64,000 nucleotides of DNA. Origin: Blasia pusilla (taxonomy: Eukaryota). Positions 1-18,823 of the stretch are shown piece by piece. The DNA is taken from the NCBI GenBank assembly GCA_050084515.1, contig CM114271.1:7874001-7938000 (forward strand), written 5' to 3'. The notes under the pieces were generated by a model. That model worked only from the letters and a program-made list of their open reading frames with translations, searched no databases and had not been told where the DNA came from. Within the stretch, counting starts at the first letter, position 1. Each line of letters opens with the position of its first letter. A program made the translations under genes and the position numbers.

Positions 1-78
1 AACATCATATCCTCCCTAGGGCTCACGAGGTCACTCCTTTCTCTGGATATGGTTATTGTATGACGGGAATTCAATTAT

Positions 79-5128
<5,050 letters not shown>

Positions 5129-5177
5129 GGGGAGGCGAGGAGAATCAATACTTTGCTGTAATTTGTGATTTGACCAG

Positions 5178-6446
5178 TGTGATACCCAAAATTTTTTACT
5201 TTTGAAGATTTACATCTTTTTATTCAAAGAAGACTTGTATATACACTATGATTTTGATATTATGGTTGCATAGAAGAAGAATGAGTGAGATTGAAGTGAA
5301 TCACGAAGCTCCAAGGACAAGGCAGAGAGGTAGATAATCAAGGATTTGCCTTAGAGGAGAGGAAAATACAGAAACGAAGTCTCAAGACCCAACGCAAAGT
5401 TTGGAAAAGAAAGCAAAGCCTTATTAAGAACCGGTTTATGACGTGCTTTGCTCTTGAACGAACCATGATGAAGAAGAAGAGGAAGAAGTACTTCACTCTT
5501 GAACGAAGAACGAAGAACTTGGAATAAGAGCAAAGAATGGAGCGCTTCGTCTTCATATCAGGAGAAAGAGCTTCGTCCTCAAGTCAAGAAAAAGAAGTCC
5601 AGACTTCGCGGCGAAGCGAAGCTAAGACTCAAAGTGATTTCAAGTAGCATACCGTTAGAATAGTTAGACTAGGAAGAGGCGCGACTTTTTGTATCAAATA
5701 GGAAGTTCGTACAATTACGATCAGCGGATTCACAAGGATCGTAGGAAAAGAAAAGAGCGCCGTAGATCTAAGTAGTTACAAATGTTGAAGAGACACCAAC
5801 TTCATCAAGAATACTTTGAATCTTTGGAACACTTCTACTTCAGAGAGTATTTAAGAAGCATGAAAGTAGCTATCATTATCATGCTTTCACGAAGTCCTTA
5901 TGGTGTAGGAATGGTCCGAGCAAGGGAGTAGTACCCTCTCACGCTTGTATACACTTTGAAGCTTTCTCATTCTTGATGGAGTAGTAAAGCACTCATTTCT
6001 TCATTCTGATGTGCGATGCTTATGTCTGAATATTCTTTTTGGGTCTGCAGAGTGAAGAGTGAATAAGGCGAGCCTTTCTCATTAATGGAATAATCAACAT
6101 GGAGTTGTAGGAAATTTTTTTGACAGAGTATAACTTACGAAGACGGATTGAGTTTTGAAAGTAGGAAAAGCCAGCTTTCTTGTTGAGATCTCTGCGAGGT
6201 TTCTTGATGTCGAGAGGAAATCTACCTAAGCATGATGTCAACTCCACTAGAGAGAATTGAGAAAAGAAATCTTAGTACTAAGAAATATTTGAAGACATTG
6301 ATAAGACATTGAATCTAAATTATTCACACCTAAATACAACTATTGCAAGAGAATTGTAATTTTGAATTCTCTTTTCACCAAACAATGATCCTCTTGGGGA
6401 TCGAACTCAGTAAACGAATGTAATATTAAAACTCTTGTACATTACA
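5178..6446. mobile_element. Solo LTR, family C (copy 1)
   Basis: TGTGATACCC...CATTACA termini, 5-bp TSD ACCAG (5173-5177 / 6447-6451); homologous over its length to 53636-54852. Confidence 0.93.
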
Positions 6447-6642
6447 ACCAGTAAGTACCTAAAGAGAAGAAAAACCTCCATCTTAATAAGTTATTTTGGT
6501 TGATATCTTCTTAGACTATTGATAGAATATGGATGTGACGTGAACTCCTATCACCCGTTAGAACACATAATTAATAGAAGTGAATGAAGGAGAGTTCTAT
6601 GTTATGTAGACCATTTTCACACATATTGTTTGATCTATTAGA

Positions 6643-7610
6643 ATGCAGAGAATGGGGCAATTTAAAAGAGCTAGGCCAGGTCTAAGTGATGTTGGGAGGA
6701 TCGCTTCCCATGACGAAAAGATCTGGCATAGAGAGAAGGAAGCAGCAAGAGTTCTTGGGTTGAAGAAACTAAGGTGCCCGTGTAGTGGATGCAAAGGGAT
6801 AGAATTGAGATTAGTACACATTGTAGAAAAGCACCTCATTCAAAATAAGAGATATCCTCCCAAACGAATCTGAGTAAATCCTGATGATTATGATTCATCA
6901 GATGAGGAGTGGAAATCAAATGAAGGCCACCATGGTGATAATCACGTTACTCTAGATCATAGTGATGTTATAACTGATTTAAATCAGTCATGAAGTGATC
7001 CACCATTGGAAATTGACAAAACGTTAGATATCCATCGGATGATCAACGAGGCTTTCCATACCTTTGACATGGGACAAGTCCAAGATCTGCCAACAGAGAT
7101 ACAACTAGATGCTAGAATCGAAGATTGAGGATCAAGTGCCATTTGAGATGGGGGTAGACGAATCTGAAAGGGGCGGTGGTGAGGAGGAATGGGCTACACA
7201 ATCTAAGGTGTTAAGGGATGCTTGTCAACCCTTATTTACTCGTTCAAAAACTAGCAAACTTGCATTCACCATGTTGTTCTTAAACATATGTGGTACTCAC
7301 AATGTCTCAAATATTGCTGTGGATGAGATCCTAAAATTCCTGGCAGTGCAAGTCATGCCCAATGAGAATGTGGTTCCGAGAAACCACTATGATGCCAAAA
7401 CATTGATCAATAATTTGTGTTTGAATTATATTCAAATTCACTATTGTCCCAATGGTTGTATGTTCTTCAATGGAGAGCGTAAGGACTTGTTGAATTGCTC
7501 AAAGTGCAACTCCCCTCGATATAAAGTGCAAGGGAAAACAAAGATTGCTGTAAAGGTTCTCAGACACTTTCCAATTATCCTGCTGCTAAAACAAATGATT
7601 GTATGCATAT
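6643..7610 (+). pseudogene. CACTA/En-Spm transposase (TnpD-like) N-terminal fragment
   Basis: Transposase-associated motif CPCxxC...HL, then PLF...SKL...VSN..DEIL...LNYIQIHYCPNGCMFF...CSKCNSPRYK...KVLRHFPI, typical of CACTA transposases; contains stops and is truncated before the catalytic core. Confidence 0.88.
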
Positions 7611-7804
7611 ATGAGACATTCACTATTAAAAATGTTATGGTGTGCTCGATGTCATGCTTCTGATAAATGATGTGCAACCACATACTTGAATGTATTGAAA
7701 TGATTGTATGTGAGACATTTATTCCTAAAGAAATCCATAGTCTGTTCAATGTACAGAAACAATCAAAGAACAATAAAAGAAATTATCTTAATAACGTAAT
7801 GAAA

Positions 7805-8065
7805 CTAGAACTAGTTTTAATCAAATACCAACACTATAGAACTAAAAAAGAATGACTATACTTAGTTACACTTATACGAAAAGAAAGGACCACTAGTTTT
7901 TTTATCAAATACCAAAATTGTACATCTAGAAAGAAAGATTATTTAGTTTCAATTATACAACGAGAAATAACCACTAGTTTTTAATCAAATACCAAAATTA
8001 TACACTTAAAAATAATGACTATATACTTAGTTACAAGGATACAACTAGAAATAACCACTAGTTTA
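7805..8065. repeat. Degenerate AT-rich tandem repeat (~83-bp unit, ~3 copies), probably CACTA subterminal repeats
   Basis: Recurring ACTAGTTTT(T)ATCAAATACCA...TTAGTT units downstream of the transposase fragment; candidate TAGTG ends at 8189 and 8478. Confidence 0.65.
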
Positions 8066-8769
8066 GCATAACTGTAAGTAGTTTCATATAAAACACTTAC
8101 AATGGATTCTATATAAATTCAATAACTAGAATGACTACATTTAGTGTCAAATAGTAGCACGGAAATATTTGTCTACACTACATGTAGTGCGTTCGTCCAC
8201 GTGTCACACTTGTACTTCAACCACTCATTTTGTACCACATGTCAGAATCATAAAAAAATCCACGTAAGCATCGTAAGAATTCCACGTCAAACTCATTGGA
8301 TTGATCACTAGGATTCTATTCACTTGTACACTTTCCACCTTAGCGTTAAAAAATCTTTGCCAACGGTCATTTTGACACTAGAAATCCTTTATGACGAGTC
8401 CTTTGATACTACTTGTTTTCTAGTTATAAGTTAGTGTTATCAATCCGGGAGAACTAAACCCAGTATTAAATTCTAGTGGTTTTGGATTGAAATCCTTCTA
8501 CTGGAACACACACACAAACACGCACAATCCCATGCAAACTCATGGCATCCAAACAACAAGACAAGAAGTACCAAAATATGTCCAATCGTCCCCCTAGCTA
8601 GTGGTTAGGTCCCTCTAACTCGAGATAGCCATCTATCCCTACCTACCATGACATACATCTCTCAGACGCTAAGAGCAAGAAGGCCAGGTGCTCATGTGGC
8701 CCCATCGTTAGTCGCCTTCTTGTCATCCATATCACAGACACAAGTCGGAATGTAGAACTACCTACTCTA

Positions 8770-8905
8770 TGTACATCTGGGACACATGACCCTGAGGAAC
8801 CCTAGTGAGAGGTGGCGTCAAATATGCCATATGCCATCCTCTTGAACACCCATCATAGATTGGCATAGTGGCTGCATCACGGGCGGAACCACACAACACA
8901 CACCG
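8770..8905 (-). pseudogene. PHD finger at the integrase C-terminus of the Gypsy element
   Basis: CVLC..[Y]DGCSRGWHMA[Y]LTPPLTRVPQG followed by CPRC in a shifted frame; C4HC3 pattern with two Cys>Tyr changes. Confidence 0.85.
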
Positions 8906-9059
8906 CAAGCCTTCAAGAACCATTGCTAAGCTCGGATCAACTGTACCATCAATGTTCGGAAGATGACATGGCGCAGAGTTACGCACATGGTCCTTCCAAA
9001 CCATACCATCGCATCCCTCCAATAAGAGAACACCGGATGGCAAAACCTCACGCACTCTC

Positions 9060-11790
9060 AAGATGGGTGCGCCTTGCAGTCACATCCAATGTTGTGGGTG
9101 TCGTCTGCTACAAGTAGATATAGTCTCTTTGATGAAACCTCCGGATAGTAGGTCGATAACATCCTCCCCGAATAGTCGCATACCTCAACGTATCCCGCTG
9201 TTGCGCAATCGCCAAGTTCTCAAACGCCATGGGCATCACTCTCAGAAAAAACTCAGCCCTCTCTGAACATGCTCGCATCCATACATCAGGGTCATTAAGG
9301 TTCAACACCTCACCAATATCTTGACGAATGGCCGCAGGTAAATCTGGCTCATAGCCATAAAGCAACAAGTACGGTGAGAAAGACGCTAAGGATGCCTGCC
9401 TGCTAAATCTATATCCCATCGCCAACCACAACAACTGAAGGTCCCAATCTCCTAGGTCAGTGACTCTGCAAGCCATACTTACGTAGTCCTCGCTTCATCG
9501 TCTGCACAACCCGCTTCGCTAGTCCATCTACCTTAGGATGATCTCGCGAAGTAGTGCGGTGGTTGATTAGTGTCTGATCACACAAGGCCTGAAAGTCCCC
9601 GCGGAACTCTATACCCTAGTCTGTCAACACCTCAACTGATGCGCTGTAATGACTCAACACTCCATCTAGGAAGGCATACGCTACTCCCTCACTTGCTTTG
9701 TCAGGAAATGCAACCAACTCTATCCACTTCGAGAAGTGCTCGACCATCATCAACACATAATGACTATGGCGCTCCGTCAAAGGCAAAGGTCCTGCAAAAT
9801 CCAAACTCCATCTATAATCTAAACCCATGATTGGAAGTGGATGCAACTGTGGAGTTGGAGCATTGAACGAAGCTCAGACTCGATCACACACCATGCATTT
9901 GGCAATAAACTTTTGAACGTTAGTCTGCATGCCTCGCCAACAATACTGAATCTGGAGCAAGCTATATGTCCGCTTCACTCCAAAATGACCCAACTCCTTG
10001 TGGGCATGACGCATCAAACGTGCTCTATACAAAGGATGAGGCACTATACGCACTCTACCATCCTCCCACACTCGCAACACATGAGTCTCCTCCCAGCGGA
10101 ACCGTTTGGCCCGTTGTAGGACCCTATCCCGCTCTCTAGCACCCACTGTGCTTGCAACACTGCCAGTACAAAGATACTCCAAGACTACTCCATCATCATG
10201 AATATCTCGGCCACCTGTCGTCTCCTCACTGGCCTCGAGATCCAAGGACTCTCCATCAAAGTCTCCACACTCTAGCTCTCCATAGCCAACAAGCCTAAAT
10301 AGGTTGACGTGTGCCATCCTGGCACTGACTCCTCATCACTCTCTCCATGCCATCGAGCTCCAATCGCATCTCGTTGACTCGGGCATGGGTTACGACTCAG
10401 CCCATTTGCATCCTAGTTGAGCATCCCAGGTCTACGTACCACATGAAAATCGTACTCCTACAGCAACAGAGCCCATCTCGCAAGCTTCCCTGTAAGCTTG
10501 TCAGACTCCATCAACTACTTTAGTGGTTGATGATCAATGATGATGGTAAAGGGGTTGCCGAATAAGTAACACTTGAAATGTGCGACAACCCACACCGCAG
10601 CCAAGCACTCACCCTCATATGAGTTATACTTTGCCTCTACAATGTTGTTAGAACGGCTAGCGTAAGCCACCACAAACTCTCTACCCTCATCATCATGTTG
10701 GGTTGGCACCGCTCTAAGCCCCAACATGCTCCAATCTGTGTGCAATTGGAAAGGACGCCCCCTGATCGGTCTCCTCAAGATGGCTGCGGACGTCTATTTG
10801 TCTTTGAGCAGCTGAAATGCTTGCTCTTGCTGATCCCCCCAATGCCACTCATGATCCACCTTGGTCAGCAAGGTCAGTGGCTTCGCAATCGAAGTGAATC
10901 CCTTGACGTACCGCCCATAGAAGTTTGCCAATCCCATGAATGCACGAACGCGGATCACATCTATAGGGCGTGGAATGCGTGAAATAGCCTCTACCTTCGT
11001 TTGTTGAACACCAAGGCCACCTGGGTATATTGTAGGACCCAAGTACTCAATCTGGTCGTAGAAGAACTTACACTTGCCTGAATGTAGCTTCAGCCCATGT
11101 AACCGCAATCGTCGAAATACCTCCTCTAGATGTCGCTCATGCTCTTCAACTGTGGCACTAAAGACTACGATGTCATCAATATAACACCTAGCAAAATCGA
11201 GACCAGCCAAGATCCTATCCATGACCCTCTGAAACTTAGCCGGAGCGTTCCTTAACCCAAATGGTAAGAACCGCCACTAGTACAAACAATCCTTCCCGCG
11301 AGGATCGATGCCCCAAAATGCCGTCTTTTTCCTATCCTCCAATGTGATAGGCAGCTAATGGTTTCCGGCTCGCAAATCCAATGAACTTTTGCGTGACCAA
11401 TCGCATCAAAGATCTCCTCAAGAGTGGGTATGGTATACCCATCGGACTTCGTCTGCCAATTGATAGGCCGATAATCCCCACACATCCGCCTATCCGTTCA
11501 GTTGCCATGCACATCCTTCTTAGCAAGCATGACAGTGGCAGATGCATACTCCCCATGCGACATCTCCACTAGTCCTGCTCCAACCAAGTCCTGGCTCCTA
11601 CTGTGAATCAGAGCCCTCTCCATATCAATGAACCTGTAGGGTCGTCGAAAGATTGGCGTATCACTTGACAACTCAATGCGGATCCCTGGTCCCTTCAGAG
11701 TACCCAAATCCTCCATGCTAAACGCAAAGCAGCTCCTATAACTCCTAAGGAACTAATGTATCCGGCGCCGCTCTTCTCCTATCAGCTTAG
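9060..11790 (-). pseudogene. Gypsy RT - RNase H - integrase (interrupted)
   Basis: ORF fragments 11498-11716, 11252-11485, 10794-11222, 10515-10778, 9874-10317, 9616-9846 and 9108-9476 carry canonical motifs in Gypsy order. Confidence 0.95.
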
Positions 11791-12139
11791 GGCCCATATC
11801 TCGCTCCCAAGTCTCCATCGTGACTACGGTAGGACTCTCCGGCGCGGGTATCGATGGTTGCTATGGTGCAACCCCGTCTAGAATACCAACACTTGGCCGC
11901 TCTCCTGCAACCAACTGCAAACTGTGATCTCCTCCACATGTAGTGCCCAGAACCACGCTCGATGGTGTGGCTATCATCTCCTGGCGTACCTACAAAACAT
12001 CCCAAGAAGTCAAAGGGTGTCTCTCCCGATCTCCCCTAGTGTGTCGATCTCCTTGGGTCTCGCCCCAAACCATTGCCTCCACCGTCTTGGTAGGCATGGG
12101 GCTCATCAACGCAACCTCTGTGATTTGTCGCAATCTCAT

Positions 12140-13110
12140 CTGACGTTGCTCAGCCACTCCCAAGCTGAAGATCCATGTCAAGCAGTTCAGGTCCATCGCC
12201 TAACCCAAGATATGGCGTTGTGATGCCTCTCACACTCACGGTACTGCCGTCACTCTTGTGGGAAATCCCATCGCCCGATCTCTCTCGCCGGCGTTGGGCT
12301 CCACCAACCTCTAAACCTGGTCATCCTAAACCAAGCCAAGACCAGCCTCCTTATATGCATAGGAAGCGAGAAAACTCACAAACGTGGGAAAGGCTCCCCG
12401 CGGCCGGCCTACGCTGTTGACCACAGTCAACAGCGGTCGATCATCGTGCCTCACTACTTGTGATCGATGACCCGGATCCAGAATGGAATCCACTAACAAG
12501 TGGGAGGGGCGCTCCACTCTTGCATACGCCCTCTGCAACACCTCATGTGGTACCATGTTGGTCCACCACAGACGCAAGCGATATGCTCGAGAACCCACAC
12601 TCGCCGCATCCAAAACTAATGCTGGGCCAATCCGGACATGCACCTGATGTGCACTCGTCACCACCCGTGACCTCGAATCGCCCAAGATCAATACATTCTC
12701 TAGAATGTAAGCCGGAGAACGGGACTAATGCTCTTGCAAATATCTCAAGACCCTCAACATCTCCCAAAATAACGTGGATCGTGTGTCAACCAACCCGATG
12801 CCTCGTCGAACACTCAATTGACCCTCACATGGCCAACCTGCAATGACCAAATCAACGGTCCCTACCCGCTCCAAGTCCTGCGTCCCCAGCAACAAAATAT
12901 CCCTCGGTAGGGAACTGTGGTATCCCTGTACCGCGGTTGTAGACAAAAAGTTGGGAAAACATAGGCGTAACTATGCCACAAGTTGTAGTGAGATGCGCCT
13001 TGCAGGATCATCACTCTCCACATACAGGTACTGCTGCACTCGCACTCATGCTTGCAAAACAGCAGCTAATCCGGTGCTAATCCCTCCAAAGAGATCTAAC
13101 ACCTAAATAC
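12140..13110 (-). pseudogene. DNMT3-like C5-cytosine DNA methyltransferase domain inside Gypsy pol (copy 1)
   Basis: Motif I VLDLFGGIST, motif IV DLVIAGWPCEG, motif VI YILENV, motif VIII AYRLRLWWTN, motif IX ERS.GFP, motif X region MDLNCLTWIF; several in-frame stops. Confidence 0.9.
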
Positions 13111-16085
13111 TGTCCTCTGGAATACGCCACACAATGGGTGTGGTATCCAAGGATGTCATCATAGCACTCCTTGCTACCTCGGGTTTCTCAGACCCGTCAC
13201 GCTCTGGTGTGAACGCCTTGCTCCACGCGGTCTACGCGTGCTCATCTGCCAATCGTCGAAGCTCCTCAGTCAACCCCATAGGGGCACCTCTCCTCCACGG
13301 AATGATGCGGCTACCATAACACTCCTCTCTGTATAAATGTAAGGAACGGAAGTATCCTCTACATGGACATGTCCCTCAATCAAATCACTAGGCCAAGTGA
13401 TGGCACTACTAAGTACTATTAAGGTCACCACCTCTCCTGGCCGACGCTCGATCATTGCACCTGTAAATCGAATGGGTAATGAGCTAAGGCGCCCATTACC
13501 TAACTGCCATCCTGGTCTATAGGACGCTGACTCCTCCCAGTAATCGTGCGAAAACCCCATCGGGTATAACACTGCTCCACCAACCAAGACGTCGTAGGAC
13601 TCTACATCAGTCACTATCACCTTGGCTCGCACCATGGACTCATATGTAGGATGTCCCGGGCGAATCCTCACCACGACCTCCTATCGGGTGATATACTCTG
13701 TGGTACTCGCTCCACCCAAGGATTTTTGTATCCAAAATGGACAACGCTCCACATCGGCTCTCGTCAAGCCCAATCCTCTGAATGACGCTTTCCCCAACAT
13801 CAGGGGTTGCGATCCTGAATCCAACAAGACGAGCTGGGGACTAAAAACTCTACCTCTGGGACTCACCAACTGGAATACCTCTCCTTGATTATCCAGCAAC
13901 ACAACACAAGGAGAAGCCATGGCACGCTCTATCGCGGGTCTAGCAGGCATCTTCGCCATCCTAGCAGCCGCAACTTACCATGAATGTGACGTGGACAGCT
14001 CGAGCATCGGCTCCAAGGGCAGGTCCATCACCTCCTCTGCAATCACCTCTGAACGTGATGCAAGAACTCCAACTCCGCGCTCACATAGTGAAACGACTAG
14101 CGGAAAAGCCTCGGCGGGCGTATCCCCCAACGTCATAACATCGAAAGCAGAAAATAAAGGAGTACGGTACACAACGGTGGCCGCTCCCAACAACGTGCTC
14201 AACACATGCCCCTCCTGAGCATCAACAATAGGAGTCGTCACACTCGCTTCTCTTATTGCCCTCCGTGCCTGCACACCAACAACATCACCAACTCTCCAAG
14301 AATTTTGATGAGGATCCATCAATGGGGTCCTCATCGCTTCGGACAACGTGAAAGAATGAGGAAGCCTAGTCTATTTTCTAGCTTTCCCTTGCTATGGATC
14401 CAACTCTACGGCTGCTCCACGCATCATAGCTGCGGCGACCTCCATTTGGGCAACCCCGTACATCCAACCAGGATCCTCCATATCTCTGGCTGCTCCATAT
14501 GATGTCGATGCCACGGATTTGGCATCGGGTAATCTCAATGCCATAGCGGCAATCTACTCCTGCAGCTGCTGTATCTGAGCAGCCATCCCAACCTCACATC
14601 CGGCGTCTCCCTCGGCATGTCTAGATGGTCATACTCTACCTCCTCCACGGGCAGCTCCACCACCCTGGGGCACCCCTCGTCCCCCAACGGGACCACTTGG
14701 TGCACGATCTCTAGGCCCACCTGGACCGGCTACTTGCTCTGGTGCCCTCTCTGGCCCTGGGTTCGGACATAACTCAGGATGTAAACTGAAACACCTGGCG
14801 CGTGTATGACCATACCTCTGAAAATAGTCATGCTGATAACCTCCTAGTGCAGCACCATCTCCTCCTCCATGTTGAGGCACACCTCCGTGACCCTACCGAG
14901 TGTAATGGCGGTGATGATGGGCTCCACCACATGACCAACAAGTAATAATAGGCGGCTACTGTTGAGCCGCAATGTGGACCACTCAATGTGTACGGTGGAT
15001 CACTAACACACTCCTCTATACGCTCCCCCTTGTTTGAAGACAACACAGAAGGAGATCGAGGTGGTCTCTCACGTGGAGACCCTCGAAACTTCGCACCACT
15101 CCGTGTAAACCCTCCATAGCTACTCTCAGGTCCATTACCTCGCCTCTCAAAATCCTGAAAAGACGTCATGATGGCCGTCGTGCCCCTCTCACATGATGAC
15201 TCCCAATCTTGCGAGTAATCCCTCAATCACTCAAACTAAACATGCGGCACTCAATCTACACTCTCTCACTAAGACGTGTGTTGTGCGGCAACAAGCAGCG
15301 TGTTGCGGAAAATCACTGATCTATTGTCTCATCGACAAACCATCCTCAACTTTGGACATGTCACACAAGTCTATGTCCCCTAAACCCATACATCATCGAT
15401 GCTCCTAGAATCAGCACGAAACCCAATATCCCAAATAACTTCCCAATATCCGAAAATCCCTCACACGTGCAGGGTAAGAGACTAGAATGGGTAACCTGAC
15501 AATAAAGTCAATGTCACTCCTCGGAAACTGCAAATCTCGACCCCAACTTGGTCGTGAAGACAACTCCTCCAATCAGCAAGTCGTACTCCTCTCGTACTGA
15601 CACTGCTCAAACCTCCTCAATGTGCGGTGCAGGTCGAGCGGTCCGGTGCGGCACGGAACGGCTACAAACGGCATGGCACTCGAGAATGGGGCGCGGCACT
15701 CGGCGACATACCCTCCTCAACCAGTAATTCATACGCTTTGCTCCTTAGTGAAGGAGCGGCTCCGCGATCGAGACGATGCGGTGTGGCCACGAGCGGCACG
15801 ACGTAGCAATTGGCGGCGCGTTGCGGCTACGGCGTCACGACACTGTACTCGATCGTCGTCGAGCGGCTACCAATCACAACATAGCAGCATGAAATGAAAA
15901 CTCAAATACTGTAAGCCGGGATGACCTGCCATCACTAGTTGATGACAAAATTGCGATGACAGTGGCGGCCAAAACAAAGTATGTGGTGGCGACGTAAGTT
16001 AGAGAATCAACGAACGTCATGGAAGACCCTCCACTCCGTAATGGCGGCAATTGCAACCAAAGGGTGGACAACTGACGGGGAATAT

Positions 16086-16798
16086 TGTAAAGCCCAATGT
16101 CTCTTTCTCCTACACAAAATTCGGCAGCGCTTCCGCGCTGATTTCTCCCAACGAAAATGTAAAACCTATTAATAAAAATTAGAAAACTACATGGTGCTCC
16201 CCAGAGCACCGGCATGGGGCAACCGGCCCCCATAATCATTCCCTATCAAATTTTGGGCAGCCCTTCCGCGACCCACTCTTTCACACGAAAAATTGGCAAA
16301 TGCAAAGAACAATCAAAGCAGCCCTTGCTTTGATTGGGACATGTCTCTCTCAATGTCAAACCAAACCCACTCTCCTAATGAGAGGCTTGGGTTACACACA
16401 CAAGGCAAGCAAGATCATAGCTCCGCCGCCTCATGCCAAGAGGTTCAACAAAGAGAGAATGAGCTCTCAAGCTCTCTCTCCTTGAGGTATACCCCTCCCC
16501 TCTCCCAAGCTCTCTCCATGGTAACCTATGCTCCCAAGTCACCTCCTTGGCTCTTGACCTGATGTATGAGGTCAAGGGCCACTTACCAAAAATTGAAAGT
16601 CGATCACATACTCAAAATGGTACTTATCTAAAATAGTAAGTTCCTCAATATGGTTCCAAATGAGCGGAAACGAAAGGGAAACCTCCTCTCTCAAGTTTCC
16701 TTGGGGCCTTAGCAGGTCATCTTGACCTATTAAGCCTGTCCTCCGCTACTCACGAAGGCGCTCTACTAGATCTTACCGATCTCTTAAGAGATGTGACA
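16086..16798 (-). repeat. Putative 5' LTR of Gypsy-DNMT copy 1 (family E)
   Basis: TGTCAC...GCTTTACA on minus strand; homology to 45838-46720 begins exactly at the TG. Confidence 0.7.
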
Positions 16799-18823
16799 GA
16801 ACTCCTTTCGCTTAATGCTATGAATGCTTTACAATATTAACCTCATGACCCAAGTCTAACTACAAATTTTACGTACCTCTGTCTATACTATTGTTTGAAG
16901 AGCGATTTTCATACTGCGACAGACAATTGAGTGTTCATCACATGTCTTTTAAATTCAAAATGCGCAACGCATGACATAACAAGGCGTTTAAAATTACATC
17001 ACTGGTCCTAAGTAATTACTACAAATTTCTTCGTGGCCTAAGACTTCACTACCCATACTATTGAAATTTAAAAAGGAAGGAAAATTTGTACTACATCCTC
17101 CACTGCTTTAATGCCCGACGACAGAAATCGACGGTAAATTGGAGTTACTTTGAGATGACGGGGCTCCGTGAAGTTTAGAGGGCTAGGGAGGGGCCAATGG
17201 CGAGGCGGGCACCAGTCAGGTGGAAGCAGCTACAGACATTTTAGGATTATTTGATGAAAATCCCCTAGTGTGTTTCCAATAACTATAGCCTTCGCCTGAC
17301 TTTGGCGGCTTGGAGCGGGCCCCACGCTTATCCCTTCAGTCAAGTTCAGTGGGGACGAAGCAGGTGATACGGGTACAGAACGAGTTACCAGAGGCTGGGC
17401 GTTAAGGGTTTAGCAGAGCAGCTAGGGCGACATGTCTCGCCCGAGAGTGAAGATTAAGTAAAGTCTTCCGGTGGTGAATGTCGAGGAAGGTTCGTTGAAC
17501 CACTAAGTCCGGGTTTCACATCAAGAGGGAAGTCACGCGCCACCGCAATATTCGGCAATATTTGAGGGAAGTTCTTTGGTTTGCCCCGCCAAGGCATTGC
17601 GTGAAGATCGAGCTCCAGTGCGCCATGATTTAGAGTACGAACTTGCGTGAGGAATGATTAGAGCCATGTATGCTTGACTATTAGCTGGCTTTAGCGGCCA
17701 ACCTGGAACACCTGATCGGGAGTTGGAGATGAGAATAGAGGAGGACTATGTGGGTTTGATGCAAGTAGTTTCTTACACGACGTAGTACTTCGGCAAATTT
17801 CCATTCGCCTGGATTCATTTAGCGAGCAATCCCCTCAAAAGCTTTTACCTCGCCAAAGGTGTGGGAGAGAATTCTTTATGTATGTACGTCATCGGGACAT
17901 CTTAGTCTTACCTTTCTTATTGTTTCCAATGCCCATGGCGGACTTTTGTACTCTGCTGTAATTACGGTGTAGCGGTACTTCAGCCCGCTGTGAAGAGGTG
18001 ATGTGTAAGACGCTGGCCGTCTCTGTTGATTTTGTCGGTAGCCCCATCCGGTCGAATTTTCAGAAAGAATTCGGGAAACTGTTGTAGCTGTGGTATTTGT
18101 TCTTTAGCCTCTTCTGTGCTGCCCACCGTGTTGTCCCCTAGTCCCTCATCACTTTACATTCACTCCTGCTAAGACTCAATCTGTCTGTCTGTCGGTCTCT
18201 GTTTCCCTCTCTTTGCTCGTCTGATAAGGACTAATGGAGCATTGTTGAAATGAGAGTTGATTTTGTTGAAGTCTGATCCTGCGCAGCATCTTGGTCCCCC
18301 TGGAATGAAGTAGAATCTTGTCCAGATTCGTGTGTTCTATTCCTTTAGACTCTTCAGCTTGGTTCTTCCGCGATTACAGGGATTGGCGTTATCATAATCG
18401 GCGAAGGAAGGTGGTAATACCCCTGGAGTGGTTCATGTACGTCCGTTGGGCAGATTATTGTTGGTAGGTGGTCACTCTCAAGATCCTTCCATTTAACAGT
18501 ACGTCTACCGTGATAGTGTACACTACTCTTGATCGATCGATCTAGGAAGACCTTTCTGTTGGAAGGTCTTAAGCGCGGAACCGAAGAGAATTTTTGAATG
18601 TGGGAGCCCGAAACAAGGTATCTACTCTTTGTGGAATCGAGCTGTCGAAGCTCGAGGATCGTACAATCCGGAGGCTGATCTCCAATACTACTAAACTGCA
18701 ACAACCGAGATCAGGTAGTAAGTGACAGCAGCTGTTACCAGTGTTGCATTATTTAAACACTCGCTGATGAAATGATGGCAGTGTGAGTGGATTCGAGCTG
18801 TTTGAGTGGCGAATTCCAACAAT

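Larger units (their letters stand above)
8583..16798 (-). mobile_element. Ty3/Gypsy LTR retrotransposon with DNMT and PHD domains, copy 1 (degenerate, most of gag deleted)
   Basis: Domain order on minus strand: protease (VLLDSGSQ, ~13820), C5-MTase, RT (CGDYRPIN, YIDD), RNase H (LHTDWS, DHQPL), integrase (HKELGHFG..CMVC, WSLDFAGP, FSPY), PHD. Collinear with 45838-54907 in inverted orientation. The 3' boundary is approximate. Confidence 0.93.

Noticed and set aside
8176-8189. CACTACATGTAGTG as the definitive CACTA terminus
   Set aside because: No matching 5' TIR or 3-bp TSD is visible in the window and another TAGTG candidate exists at 8478.
16800-18823. SGS3 promoter, 5' UTR exons or a divergent gene
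   Set aside because: Likely regulatory, but no TSS, exon or ORF can be supported from sequence alone.
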